Of a stretch of DNA of 64,000 nucleotides, positions 43,389 to 53,095 are shown piece by piece. The stretch's first letter is position 1; every line of letters begins with the position of its first letter. Under the pieces are notes generated by a model. The model was not told the DNA's origin. It made no database searches and saw nothing but the letters and a program-made list of their open reading frames with translations. Both the position numbers and the translations under genes were made by a program. This stretch comes from Candidatus Hadarchaeales archaeon (GTDB lineage Archaea; Hadarchaeota; Hadarchaeia; Hadarchaeales; WYZ-LMO6): positions 25,332 through 89,331 of the forward strand of contig JAWCKR010000004.1 of the NCBI GenBank assembly GCA_038851755.1, written 5' to 3'.

Positions 43389-44390
43389 GTGGAAAAGGGA
43401 GTTTCACCCCTCATAGCAGAGATTATCCTCATCGCCGTAGTCTTCTCCATAGCCACCGCCGTAATCGTGGTGCTGGGAGGAGTGAGCTTCTCCGTCAGGA
43501 CGCTGGACGCCAAGCTGGGAGTGGATGGGTTCGAGTGGGGGAGCCAGAAGCTGGTCATCCACCACCTGAAAGGGGACGTGATCAGGGAAGCCTTCGAGAC
43601 CTGCGGGGAAAACTTCAGGTGGAAGGACTTGGTGGTGAAGAAAACGGGAAGGGAGGTAGAGCCCCTTAACCTGCGCTTCAACGGAAAGCGCCTCGGCTAT
43701 CTCATCTACGAAGATATGACCTCTGCCCCTTCCGGAACGCTCAAAAACCAGGCCACCTACGATCCCGAGAACCGATGGGTGAGGCTCACCCCCGTTGGTC
43801 TGGGTCTCTACGGTGAACTCGAGTATGTCCTGAACCCTCCCCCCGCCGACTTCGTGGTGGAGTTCCAGTTCTGGGCCGGAGGGGGTACGGGGGCGGATGC
43901 GACCTGGTTCTATGCCTACTGTGAGAACACCCCCCTTCTGGAGTCAAGCACGAACACGGGTGGCTACGTCTTCGCTTACAATGAATATCAAGACAGGTTG
44001 GAGCTTTACTACAATGGAACCCTTCTCTATTTCGTGAGCAAGACGGGTATAGACGACGGTAGATGGCACGATGCCAGGATCGTCTTCGACGATAGGGCCA
44101 TAGAGATGTACATAGACAACGAGTACGTGAGCAGACTCAGATACGTCGACTACCAGGCCAGCAGCAGGAAAAACAAACCTCTCTTCGGCTGGGGGGCTAG
44201 GGAGGGATTGTTCACCAACGAGCACAGGGTGAGGAACCTGAGGATGTATCACCTCAAGCCCCAGGTACACAACTTCTCCCCGGGGGACATACTGGAGTTC
44301 GAGATAGAGAGTCCGTTGGTGATAGGGGACGCCATTACCATCTCCTACCTGCCCCAGAACAAGCTCCTCTACATGAACGATATCTCCTGA
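43389..44390 (+). CDS. Archaeal type IV pilin-like protein with ConA/L-type lectin-like domain
   Basis: Class III signal KG|VSPLIAEIILIAVV; central WVRLTP...G..GADATWF...DDGRWHDARI...FGWGA..G...NEH lectin-like beta-sandwich; visibly more AT-rich than the genome average. Confidence 0.75.
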   Translation: MEKGVSPLIAEIILIAVVFSIATAVIVVLGGVSFSVRTLDAKLGVDGFEWGSQKLVIHHLKGDVIREAFETCGENFRWKDLVVKKTGREVEPLNLRFNGKRLGYLIYEDMTSAPSGTLKNQATYDPENRWVRLTPVGLGLYGELEYVLNPPPADFVVEFQFWAGGGTGADATWFYAYCENTPLLESSTNTGGYVFAYNEYQDRLELYYNGTLLYFVSKTGIDDGRWHDARIVFDDRAIEMYIDNEYVSRLRYVDYQASSRKNKPLFGWGAREGLFTNEHRVRNLRMYHLKPQVHNFSPGDILEFEIESPLVIGDAITISYLPQNKLLYMNDIS

Positions 44391-44457
44391 GGGCCCACCA
44401 TAAAGTTTAAAAGAAGGATTGGAGAAAATTTGCGTTAAAATTGGGGTGGGGTAGGAA

Positions 44458-45450
44458 ATGGCCAAGCCGAAGCAAAAGCTGAAGTTCGCCTTTTACTGGG
44501 CGGCCAGCTGTGGTGGGTGTGAGATAGCGGTTCTGGACATCGACGAGAAGATTCTGGACGTGGTGGAGCTGGCCGACATCGTCTTCTGGCCGGTGGCCCT
44601 GGACATAAAGTACAAGGATGTGGAGGCCATGCCCGACGGGTCCATAGACGTGTGCTTCTTCAACGGGGCGATAAGGACGGAGGAGCAGGAACACCTGGCG
44701 AAGCTCCTCAGGAAGAAGTCGAAGGTGCTGGTGGCCTTCGGGGCCTGCTCCCACACCGGGGGGGTGCCTGGCCTGGCCAATCTCGCCGACAGGGAGGAGG
44801 TCTTCGCCAGGGCATACCTAGAGTCCCCCTCCACGGAGAACCCCCAGCGCGTGGTTCCCAAGACCTCCACGAAGGTGAAGGAGGGTGAGCTGAGACTTCC
44901 CGAGTTCTACGACACGGTGAAGACGCTGGACCAGACGGTGGAGGTGGACTACTACCTTCCCGGATGTCCCCCAGCCCCTGGTCTCATCCTGAAGGCGGTG
45001 GAGGCCATAGCGAAGGGTGAGCTGCCCCCTAAGGGGTCGGTGCTGGCCCCCCTGAAGTCCGTGTGCGACGAGTGCGTCAGGAACAAGACGAAGCCTGATA
45101 AGCTCTCCATCTCCCAGCTGAAGAGACCCTATGAGGCGGAGCTGGACCCAGAGAAGTGCTTCCTGGCCCAAGGGGTGATCTGCATGGGCCCCGCTACTCG
45201 CGGTGGATGCGACGCCAGGTGCGTGAACGGCAACATGCCGTGCACCGGATGTCAGGGCCCCTGCCCCAACGAAATAGACCAGGGAGCGGCCATGATCAGT
45301 GCCCTTTCCTCCATCCTGGGGGTGGAGGGGGAGAGGGACGCTGGCTATGACCCCCAGAAGCTGGTGGACCAGGTGGTTGACCCCGTGGGGACCTTTTACA
45401 TGTACACTCTCCCGGCCTCGGTGCTGGGGAGGAAGGTGAAGAAGAAATGA
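44458..45450 (+). CDS. mvhG: [NiFe] hydrogenase small subunit, MvhG/VhuG-like (group 3c)
   Basis: AASCGGCE, AFGACSHTGGVPGLAN, LPGCPP, VCDEC, CFLAQGVICMGP, PCTGCQGP. Confidence 0.88.
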   Translation: MAKPKQKLKFAFYWAASCGGCEIAVLDIDEKILDVVELADIVFWPVALDIKYKDVEAMPDGSIDVCFFNGAIRTEEQEHLAKLLRKKSKVLVAFGACSHTGGVPGLANLADREEVFARAYLESPSTENPQRVVPKTSTKVKEGELRLPEFYDTVKTLDQTVEVDYYLPGCPPAPGLILKAVEAIAKGELPPKGSVLAPLKSVCDECVRNKTKPDKLSISQLKRPYEAELDPEKCFLAQGVICMGPATRGGCDARCVNGNMPCTGCQGPCPNEIDQGAAMISALSSILGVEGERDAGYDPQKLVDQVVDPVGTFYMYTLPASVLGRKVKKK

Positions 45451-46904
45451 AGGTCATCACCATAGATCCCATCACCAGGCTGGAGGGCCACGGGAAGATC
45501 TCCATCTTCCTGGACGAGAAGGGGAACGTGGCCAACGCCTACCTGCAGGTCCCCGAGCTGAGGGGCTTCGAGCGCTTCTCCGAGGGGAGGAGGGCGGAGC
45601 TGATGCCCCAGATCACCTCCAGGATCTGCGGGGTCTGCCCGGTGGCCCACCACATGGCTTCCACGAAGGCCCTGGACGCTGCCTTCCATGTGGACCCACC
45701 CTCCGCGGCCAAGAAGCTCAGGGAGCTGATTTACTCTGGCTACTACATCTACGACCACACCCTGCACTTCTTCTACCTGGGAGGGCCGGACTTCGTGGTG
45801 GGTCCGGACGCACCACCCGCCGAAAGGAACGTCCTCGGAGTTATCAAGAAGGCCGGACTGGAGGTGGGGAAGGAAGTGATCAAGCACAGGGCTTACGGTC
45901 AGAAGATTACGGCCATCCTGGGAGGAAAGGCCACCCACCCCGTCTGCGGGCTGCCTGGAGGGGTGAGCAAGTCCCTGAGTGAGGAGGAGAGAAAGGAAAT
46001 AGAGAAGATGGCGAAATCCTGCGTGGAGTTCGCCCAGAAGGCCCTTCAGATCTTCGACCAGGTCGTCCTGAAGAACCAGAAGTACGTGGAGCTGATAAAG
46101 AGCGACGCCTACACCCTGAAGACCTACTACATGGGGATAGTGGATGAGAAGAACCGCGTGAACTTCTACGACGGGAAGATCAGGGTGGTGGATCCCAACG
46201 GGAAGGAATTTGTGAAGTTCTCCCCCTCCCAGTACCTGGACGTGATAGGTGAGCATGTGGAGGACTGGACCTACGTGAAGTTCACCTACCTGAAGAAGGT
46301 GGGGTGGAAGGGACTGGTGGACGGCCCCGACAGCGGGGTGTACAGGGTGGGACCGCTGGGCAGGCTGAACGCCGCCGACGGCATGGCCACTCCCCTCGCC
46401 CAGCAGGAGTACAAAAGGATGTACGAGACGCTGGGGGGGAAGCCCGTGCACTCCACCCTGGCCTTCCACTGGGCCAGGCTGATAGAACTCCTGTACGCCT
46501 GCGAGAGGACGCTGGAGCTGGCCCAGGATCCAGAGATCACCAGCAAGGAGGTGAGGAACCCGGTGGGAGCTCCCGGGGAGGGTGTGGGAGTGGTGGAGGC
46601 CGCCAGAGGAACCCTGTACCACCACTACCAGCTCACCGAGGACGGGAGGATAAAGAAGGCCAACCTCATTGTGGCCACCACCAACAACGCCGCCCCCATC
46701 TGCATGTCCATAAGGGATGCGGCCAAGGCCCTCATCTCCGGAGGCAAGGTCACGGACGGAATCCTGAACATGATCGAGATGGCCTTCCGGGCCTACGACC
46801 CCTGCTACGCCTGCGCCACCCACTTCGCGCTGGGCAAAATGCCTCTGGAGATCAGGATCTACGACAAGGATCGCAACCTCCTGCGCACCATCACCAGGTC
46901 CTGA
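45447..46904 (+). CDS. mvhA: [NiFe] hydrogenase large subunit, MvhA/VhuA-like (group 3c)
   Basis: TRLEGHG, L1 RICGVCPVAH, EAARGTLYHHY, L2 DPCYACATH with cleavable C-terminal extension. Confidence 0.92.
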   Translation: MKVITIDPITRLEGHGKISIFLDEKGNVANAYLQVPELRGFERFSEGRRAELMPQITSRICGVCPVAHHMASTKALDAAFHVDPPSAAKKLRELIYSGYYIYDHTLHFFYLGGPDFVVGPDAPPAERNVLGVIKKAGLEVGKEVIKHRAYGQKITAILGGKATHPVCGLPGGVSKSLSEEERKEIEKMAKSCVEFAQKALQIFDQVVLKNQKYVELIKSDAYTLKTYYMGIVDEKNRVNFYDGKIRVVDPNGKEFVKFSPSQYLDVIGEHVEDWTYVKFTYLKKVGWKGLVDGPDSGVYRVGPLGRLNAADGMATPLAQQEYKRMYETLGGKPVHSTLAFHWARLIELLYACERTLELAQDPEITSKEVRNPVGAPGEGVGVVEAARGTLYHHYQLTEDGRIKKANLIVATTNNAAPICMSIRDAAKALISGGKVTDGILNMIEMAFRAYDPCYACATHFALGKMPLEIRIYDKDRNLLRTITRS

Positions 46905-46937
46905 CCCAAGCCCTTTTCCCCTTCTTTCCATGCCTTT

Positions 46938-47438
46938 ATGATGGAGAGGGAACTCAGGGAGTGGCTTTCGGGTTGCGAGAGGGTGATGGTGATGGGGATA
47001 GGCAACCCACTGCGGAGGGACGATGCGGTGGGGCTGGAGGTGGTGAAGAGGATGGAGGGGAAGGTGGGTGGTAGGGTGGAGCTGCTGGAGTGTGAGTCGG
47101 TGGCTGAGAACTTCCTGGAGGAGGTGGAGAGGTTCAAGCCCAGTCATCTTCTCCTACTCGATGCGGCTCTCCTGGGGCTGAAGCCTGGGGAGAGCAGACT
47201 CGTGACCTCGGAGGAGCTTCCGGTGGAGACGGTCTCCACCCACCTCCTTCCCCTCAGGATCTTCTGCGACTACGTGAGGGAGGTGGTGGGATCCAAGGTG
47301 GCCCTCCTCTGCATCCAGCCCAAGGACACGGACTTCGGGGAGGGAATGACGAAGGAGCTGGAGGAGGCGGCGGGGAGGCTGGCAGGTCTTCTTTCCCTGG
47401 TGCTGAGGGATTTATGCGGGAAGGGGGAGGGAGGGTAG
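46938..47438 (+). CDS. hycI: Hydrogenase maturation endopeptidase (HycI-like)
   Basis: GIGNPLRRDDAVG, LLDAA, STHLLPL, IQP. Confidence 0.88.
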   Translation: MMERELREWLSGCERVMVMGIGNPLRRDDAVGLEVVKRMEGKVGGRVELLECESVAENFLEEVERFKPSHLLLLDAALLGLKPGESRLVTSEELPVETVSTHLLPLRIFCDYVREVVGSKVALLCIQPKDTDFGEGMTKELEEAAGRLAGLLSLVLRDLCGKGEGG

Positions 47439-47657
47439 ATGTGTCTGGCCATTCCCGGGAAGGTGGTGGAGAAGAAGGGTGAGCTGGCCAGGGTGGACTT
47501 CGGGGACGGCACCCTGAGGGAGGTGGACGTCTCACTGGTGGAGGTGGAGGTGGGGCAGTACGTGATCGTTCACGCGGGTTTCGCCATCCAGGTTCTCGAC
47601 GAGGAGGAGGCCAGGGAGAGCCTCAGGCTCTGGCAGGAGCTCCTCTCCCAGGGTTAG
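47439..47657 (+). CDS. hypC: Hydrogenase maturation chaperone HypC
   Basis: MCLAIPGKV, VIVHAGFAI. Confidence 0.95.
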   Translation: MCLAIPGKVVEKKGELARVDFGDGTLREVDVSLVEVEVGQYVIVHAGFAIQVLDEEEARESLRLWQELLSQG

Positions 47658-47659
47658 GC

Positions 47660-48745
47660 ATGTTCAGGTTCAGGGACAGGGAGACCGCGGGCAGGATCGT
47701 GGAAGAACTCAGGAAGATGGGGCTGAACCTCTTCCTGATGCACGTGTGCGGCACCCACCAGGACACGCTGGTGAGGTACGGGCTCGACCGCCTGCTCGAG
47801 CCCTGCGGGGTGAAGATAAGGCAGGGGCCGGGCTGTCCCGTCTGCGTGACCACCCAGAGGGAAATAGAGGAGGCCCTGGTGCTGGCCAGAAGGGGTAAGC
47901 TCGTGGCCACCTTCGGGGACATGGTGGGAGTCCCCGGGGAGAGCGGCTCGCTGGCGGGGCTTAGGGGCGAGGGGGCGGACGTGAGGATAGTCTACAGCAT
48001 CAGGGACGCGGTGGGGCTGGCGGAGAAGACGGGGAAGGAGGTGGTTTTCTTGGCCATAGGCTTCGAGACCACCGCCCCCTCCACGGCAGTCACCCTCCTG
48101 AGGGACCCTCCCCCCAACTTCTCCGTCCTCTGCTGCCATCGCTACATACCTCCCGCCATCAGGGCCCTCCTGGACCTGGGGGAGACCCGGGTGCAGGGGC
48201 TGATAGAGCCTGGGCACGTCTCCACCGTGATAGGCACCCGTCCCTACGAGGAGATAGCGGAGAGGTACAGGCTTCCGCAGGTGGTGGCGGGCTTCGAGCC
48301 CCTCGACCTGCTGATGGGGGTGTACCTGCTGGCCAGGATGATCCAGCGCGGAGAGGTGGGGGTGAGGAACGAGTACACCCGCTCCGTGAGGCCGGAAGGA
48401 AATGTGAAGGCGCTGAAGGTGATGGATGAGGTCTTCGAGCCCGTCGACGTGGACTGGAGGGGCTTTCCCGTGATCCCGGGGTCGGGCATGGCCCTCCGGG
48501 AGGAGTTCGAGGAGCACGACGCCAGGAAGAGATACGAGGACGAGCTGAGGGAGCTGGAGGGGAAGGAGTTCAAGCCCCATCCCTCCTGCAGGTGCGACAG
48601 GGTGCTGAGGGGCCTGCTGGATCCCCCCGACTGCCCCCTCTTCGGTAAGGTCTGCACCCCCAGGAGCCCCGTGGGTCCCTGCATGGTCTCCTCAGAGGGT
48701 TCCTGCGCCATCGAGTACAAGTACGGGAGGAGGCCGGCCGGGTAG
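47660..48745 (+). CDS. hypD: Hydrogenase maturation factor HypD
   Basis: HVCGTH, GPGCPVC, GFETTAP, PGHVS, GPCMVSSEGSC. Confidence 0.95.
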   Translation: MFRFRDRETAGRIVEELRKMGLNLFLMHVCGTHQDTLVRYGLDRLLEPCGVKIRQGPGCPVCVTTQREIEEALVLARRGKLVATFGDMVGVPGESGSLAGLRGEGADVRIVYSIRDAVGLAEKTGKEVVFLAIGFETTAPSTAVTLLRDPPPNFSVLCCHRYIPPAIRALLDLGETRVQGLIEPGHVSTVIGTRPYEEIAERYRLPQVVAGFEPLDLLMGVYLLARMIQRGEVGVRNEYTRSVRPEGNVKALKVMDEVFEPVDVDWRGFPVIPGSGMALREEFEEHDARKRYEDELRELEGKEFKPHPSCRCDRVLRGLLDPPDCPLFGKVCTPRSPVGPCMVSSEGSCAIEYKYGRRPAG

Positions 48746-48750
48746 GCGGG

Positions 48751-49191
48751 TCAGAGCCAGAGGGAGAGCCCGGTCGCGGCAAGGGCGGTGAGGGCGTTGG
48801 CGGTGAGCACCCCCAGCGCCACGGTGGCCATGGACCTCCACCCCTTCATCCCGAGCATGAAGGCCAGCACCGTTCCGGTGTAGGCCCCGGTCCCCGGGAG
48901 GGGGAGGGCCACGAAGGTGAAGAGGGCGGCGAAGTGCCTCTTCCTCAATTTCCTCCTGATCATGAACCTGAAGAACCCGTCCACCCATCCCCATCTCCGG
49001 CGGAGGGGCGGGACCACCTTCTCCATGAGCAGCATGACGGCGGGGATGACGGCCAGGTTGACGGAGGTGCAGAGGAGGTAGGCCGAGGGAGGGGAGAGAC
49101 CCCAGAGGATGGCGACCGGGATGGCGTACCTCCCCTCGAAGAAGGGTACGGCTGAGAGGAGGAGGGACAACCATAGGGGAGGCAAGCTCAC
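48751..49191 (-). CDS. Small multidrug-export-like membrane protein (COG2426)
   Basis: PFFEGRYAIP, FVALPLPGTGAYTG; GTG 49191 overlaps the upstream TGA. Confidence 0.82.
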   Translation of the reverse strand: MSLPPLWLSLLLSAVPFFEGRYAIPVAILWGLSPPSAYLLCTSVNLAVIPAVMLLMEKVVPPLRRRWGWVDGFFRFMIRRKLRKRHFAALFTFVALPLPGTGAYTGTVLAFMLGMKGWRSMATVALGVLTANALTALAATGLSLWL

Positions 49192-49580
49192 TCCTTTCCG
49201 GGCGCGAGGCGGAGGAGGAAGTGGGCCATTCCCTCCACGTCCTTCACTTCCTTCCTCAGGAGCTTCTTCAGTTTTTCCCGGGGTTCGAGGAGGGGCTCCA
49301 CCCCCATCACCCTCAGGTACCTGGAGCATCTGCGGGCCAGCTCCTCTCCCGTGCGATCGAAATCCGTCAGCACCACCGCCTTCTCACAACCCTCCAGCCT
49401 CTCCAGGGAGGCCAGGAGTCCACGCTTTCCGTTCAGGTGCAGGATCTTCCCCTCCACCCCCAGGGAGAGCAGGGCTTCCCTGTCGTGTATCCCCTCCACC
49501 AGCACGGGTGTCCCTTCCCTCCCCTCCTTCCTGAGCTCCTCCAGCACCGCCTCCAGCTCTTCCAGAGCTTCACCAGCCAG
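49188..49580 (-). CDS. Stand-alone TOPRIM-domain protein (RNase M5/small primase-like, COG1658)
   Basis: VLVEGIHDREAL, VLTDFDRTGEEL, KDVEG; start uncertain. Confidence 0.8.
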   Translation of the reverse strand: MAGEALEELEAVLEELRKEGREGTPVLVEGIHDREALLSLGVEGKILHLNGKRGLLASLERLEGCEKAVVLTDFDRTGEELARRCSRYLRVMGVEPLLEPREKLKKLLRKEVKDVEGMAHFLLRLAPGKE

Positions 49581-49587
49581 CGTGGGC

Positions 49588-49758
49588 TCACTCCTCCTCT
49601 TCCTTCTCCACCCAGAGGCCCTTGGAAAGGCACTTCTTGCACACCCCACTTTCCTGGGAGTAGCACCTGGGGCAGACCGCCGTGCCGCAGATCTTGCACC
49701 TCCTGAGCTCGGAGGTGGCGCCTCCGCAGAGCTCACAGGTTCCCGTCAGCCTTCCCAT
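49588..49758 (-). CDS. 56-aa cysteine-rich microprotein (four CxxC pairs)
   Basis: Manual translation MGRLTGTCELCGGATSELRRCKICGTAVCPRCYSQESGVCKKCLSKGLWVEKEEEE*; fills the gap in a co-oriented gene run; not in the ORF track. Confidence 0.8.
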   Translation of the reverse strand: MGRLTGTCELCGGATSELRRCKICGTAVCPRCYSQESGVCKKCLSKGLWVEKEEEE

Positions 49759-49782
49759 CCGAGAGAAATGGTCTCCCCCCTG

Positions 49783-50358
49783 TTAAATACTCTCCACCAC
49801 TTCCTCGACGCGGGAGGGTTCGAAGCCCCATCCCTTGAGGGAGGAGACCACCTCTTCCTTGGGTTTCCCCTCCCCCCTGAGCTTCAGGGCCAGCTTCAGG
49901 ATGGTCTCCCTCACCTCCCAGGGATAGACCACCCACTCCTTCACCTCCTCCACGTAGAAGTCTGGTCTGAAGACGCTCCAGGGCTTGTAGTGTAGGGTGG
50001 CCACCTTGAGCCCGGCCGCTCCCTCTCTCGACAGGAGGTCACGGACCGCCGCCAGGGAGTGCCCCGTGTCGGCCACATCGTCCGCCACCAGCACCCTCCT
50101 CCCCTCCAGCCTGGCGTTGAGGGGGTGAACGACTTCTGGCTTCTGTCCGGTCTCCCCCGGCCTCACGTAGTACCTCACCTGGAGGGAGGCGAGGTCCTCC
50201 ACCCCGAGGAGGTCGCACAGGATCCTCCCCACGGGGAAACCCCCCCTGCTCACGGCCACCACCAGGTCTGGACGGTACCCCGCCCCGACGATCAGCTTGG
50301 AGAGCCTCTCGCAGAGACGCTGCACTTCCTCCCAGCTCAGGTGCAGAAATCCTTCCAC
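49783..50358 (-). CDS. Purine-type phosphoribosyltransferase (COG2236-like)
   Basis: VAVSRGG, VLVADDVADTGHSL (PRPP motif), HYKP, WVVYPWE. Confidence 0.88.
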   Translation of the reverse strand: MEGFLHLSWEEVQRLCERLSKLIVGAGYRPDLVVAVSRGGFPVGRILCDLLGVEDLASLQVRYYVRPGETGQKPEVVHPLNARLEGRRVLVADDVADTGHSLAAVRDLLSREGAAGLKVATLHYKPWSVFRPDFYVEEVKEWVVYPWEVRETILKLALKLRGEGKPKEEVVSSLKGWGFEPSRVEEVVESI

Positions 50359-50391
50359 ATCCTTCCCTCCCCCCTCCTCTAAAAAAAGGTG

Positions 50392-50934
50392 TCAGTAGGG
50401 CCTGCTCTTGAGGCCCATCCTGTATCCGGCGTAGTTGGTGAGGAGGTGGAGGGGGGGAGTGAGGAGGAAGAGGACCGCCAGGACTCCCCAGGTCAGGCGC
50501 GGAAGGACCAGGGGGAGAGAGAGGAGGAGGGCCCCGGCCACGAAGTCCAGCTGGTCTAGAAGGGGGAAGGGCTCACCCCGCCCCACCCCTGCCCTCCGCT
50601 TGAGGAAGCTCCCCCAAAGGTCACCCACCATGGCCCCCAGGGAGAGCAGGAAGCCCCCCAGCACCGTCTCCCAGGGATTCTCGAAGAGGAGGGAGAGGTG
50701 GGGATCCAGGAGAGGTTGGAGCAGGGCCTGCACCAGCCCCACGCAGAACCCCGCCAGCAGACCCCAGCAGAACCCCCGCACGGTCTTGCCAGGGCCCAGC
50801 AGGGGTTTCCCGTCCACGAACTTCCTCCCCCCGTCGATGGGCCTCCCTCCCCCCGCCACCACGGGTGTCATGTTGGCGGCGTAGGCTGGGAGGATGAACC
50901 AGACGGAGGAGAGGAAGGTTCCAAGGGCCGTCAT
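50392..50934 (-). CDS. carS: CDP-archaeol synthase
   Basis: LPAYAANMTP, PIDGG, GPGKTVRG, GDLWGSFLKRR, LDQLDF. Confidence 0.92.
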   Translation of the reverse strand: MTALGTFLSSVWFILPAYAANMTPVVAGGGRPIDGGRKFVDGKPLLGPGKTVRGFCWGLLAGFCVGLVQALLQPLLDPHLSLLFENPWETVLGGFLLSLGAMVGDLWGSFLKRRAGVGRGEPFPLLDQLDFVAGALLLSLPLVLPRLTWGVLAVLFLLTPPLHLLTNYAGYRMGLKSRPY

Positions 50935-50971
50935 CCTCTCTCCTCCTCCCACAGCCTAATTTAGGTTGCAG

Positions 50972-53095
50972 CTACCTGCCCTTCGCGTATTTCTCCGGAT
51001 CCTTCCTGAAGGTTTCCTCGCACCGCTTGGAGCAGAAATAGAACATCCTGCCCTTGTACTCCACTTTACCGGCAGCGCTCGAGGGCTCCACCTCCATCCC
51101 GCAGACGGGGTCCACGAACGTCTCTTCCACCTCCTCCTGCTCGTATCTCCTCAGGGTCTGGGTGTTTAAGGCCACCACGATGGTGCTCAGGGACATCAGA
51201 AGCGCACCCACGGCCGGGCTGAGGGTGAGGCCCCATCCTTGGAACATACCGGAGGCGAGGGGGATGGTGAGGGTGTTGTACCCTGCCGCCCACCAGAGGT
51301 TCTGGACCATCTTGGAGTAGCTCCTTTGGGAGAACTCCATCAGGTAGGCTACGTCTCTCGGGTCGTTCCTCACCAGCACGAGGTCCGCGCTCTCCACGGC
51401 CACGTCCGTTCCCGCTCCTATGGCTATGCCCACATCCGCCGCCACCAGCGCGGGGGCGTCGTTCACCCCGTCCCCCACCATGGCGACGGCCTCCCCCCTC
51501 TTCCTCAGCTCCTCTATCCACGCGGCCTTCTCCTCTGGCGAAGCCTGGGCCCGGTACTCCTCTATCCCCAGTTCCCTGGCCACCTCCCTTGCAGCCTCCT
51601 CCCCGTCCCCCGTGATCATCATGACCTTCATTCCCCTCTCCTTCAGCCTCTCCACCGCTTCCTTCGATTCCTCCCTCACCTTGTCTGAGAGGGCGAAGGA
51701 CCCCGCGGGCTTTCCCTCCACCACCACGTGGACCACGGTCTTGCCCCTCCATCCCTCTTTCTCCGCGGGCTCCACTCCCCTCTCCCTCAGGAGGGCGGCT
51801 CCCCCCACCCACACCTCCTTTCCAAGCACCCTGGCTTTCGCTCCCCTCCCGGGCAGGGCCTGGAAGTCCTCCGCCTCCGGCACCTTCACTCCCTTTCCCT
51901 CGGCGAACTCCACGAGTGCCCTCGCTATCGGGTGCTCGGAATTTTTCTCCACTCCTGCGGTTAGGGAGAGGAGTTCTTCCTCCGGGAGGAGGGAAAGGTG
52001 ATCCGAGACCTCCAGGGTTCCAGAGGTGAGGGTCCCCGTTTTGTCGAAGACCACTACCCCCACCTTCCTGAGGTTCTCGAAGGCCCTCCTCTCCCTCACC
52101 AGGATTCCCCTCCTGGCGGTGAGGGAGGTGGAGAGGGAGACCACCAGGGGGATGGCCAGACCGAGCGCGTGCGGGCAGGCCACCACCATCACGGTAACCG
52201 CCCTCTCGAAAGCGAAGGAGGGTCTGCCCGAGAGGTACCAGTAGAGGGAGCTGAGCAGGGCCACTCCCAGGGCGACGTAGAAGAGAAGGGCCGCGGCCCG
52301 GTCCGCCAGCTCCTGCGTCCTGCTCCTGCTCTCCTGTGCCTTCTTCACCATCTCCATGACCCTGCCCACGTAGCTCTCCTCACCAGTTTTCTCGATCTCC
52401 ACCTTCAGGGCGCCCTCCAGGTTGAGGGATCCCCCTATTACCCTGTCTCCGGGTCGCTTGGGCACGGGCCTGGACTCCCCGGTGAGGAGGGCCTCGTTCA
52501 CGGAGGAAAGTCCATCCACCACCCTCCCGTCCGAAGGCACCTTTTCCCCAGGTCTGACCAGTACCAGGTCTCCCTTCTTAAGCTCTGAGACGGCTACCTC
52601 CCTGATTTCCTCCCCTACGAGGAGGTGGGCCTGGACGGGCATCAGTTTGGCGAGCTTCTCCAGGGCCCTCGAGGCCCCCAGCAGGCTCTTGGCCTCCATC
52701 CAGTGCCCCAGCAACATGAGGTCCACCAGCGTGGCGAGCTCCCAGAAAAAGTCCTCCCCTCCTCTGAGGAGGGTGAGGGAAGAATAGAAGAAGGCCACGG
52801 AGAGGGCAGTCCCCACCAGCGTCATCATCCCCGGTCTTCTCCCCCTCACCTCTTCCGTCAGTCCCTTCAGGAAGGGCCAGCCTCCGTAGAAGTAGATGAC
52901 ACCGGAGAGCACCAGCATGACGCCCTCGTGCAGGGGTATCCTCAGGCTGAAGCCCGCCCATTCCTGGATCATCTCCGAGAGGAGGAGGACGGGCAGGGTC
53001 AGGGCAACGGAGACCAGCAGCCTGCGCTTGAAGTCGCCGGGGTGGTGTGCATGTCCCGCGCCGTGGTGTGCGTGGCCTCCCCTCAGGGGAGTCAC
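50972..53095 (-). CDS. copB: P1B-3 (CopB-type) copper-exporting ATPase with C-terminal YHS/TRASH domain
   Basis: His-rich N-terminus, [36 protein letters not shown]; tail DPVCGM...FYFCSKRC; GTG 53095 overlaps the upstream TGA. Confidence 0.88.
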   Translation of the reverse strand: MTPLRGGHAHHGAGHAHHPGDFKRRLLVSVALTLPVLLLSEMIQEWAGFSLRIPLHEGVMLVLSGVIYFYGGWPFLKGLTEEVRGRRPGMMTLVGTALSVAFFYSSLTLLRGGEDFFWELATLVDLMLLGHWMEAKSLLGASRALEKLAKLMPVQAHLLVGEEIREVAVSELKKGDLVLVRPGEKVPSDGRVVDGLSSVNEALLTGESRPVPKRPGDRVIGGSLNLEGALKVEIEKTGEESYVGRVMEMVKKAQESRSRTQELADRAAALLFYVALGVALLSSLYWYLSGRPSFAFERAVTVMVVACPHALGLAIPLVVSLSTSLTARRGILVRERRAFENLRKVGVVVFDKTGTLTSGTLEVSDHLSLLPEEELLSLTAGVEKNSEHPIARALVEFAEGKGVKVPEAEDFQALPGRGAKARVLGKEVWVGGAALLRERGVEPAEKEGWRGKTVVHVVVEGKPAGSFALSDKVREESKEAVERLKERGMKVMMITGDGEEAAREVARELGIEEYRAQASPEEKAAWIEELRKRGEAVAMVGDGVNDAPALVAADVGIAIGAGTDVAVESADLVLVRNDPRDVAYLMEFSQRSYSKMVQNLWWAAGYNTLTIPLASGMFQGWGLTLSPAVGALLMSLSTIVVALNTQTLRRYEQEEVEETFVDPVCGMEVEPSSAAGKVEYKGRMFYFCSKRCEETFRKDPEKYAKGR

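Noticed and set aside
44458-46904. Selenocysteine recoding in the hydrogenase
   Set aside because: All ligand positions are Cys codons and there is no in-frame TGA.
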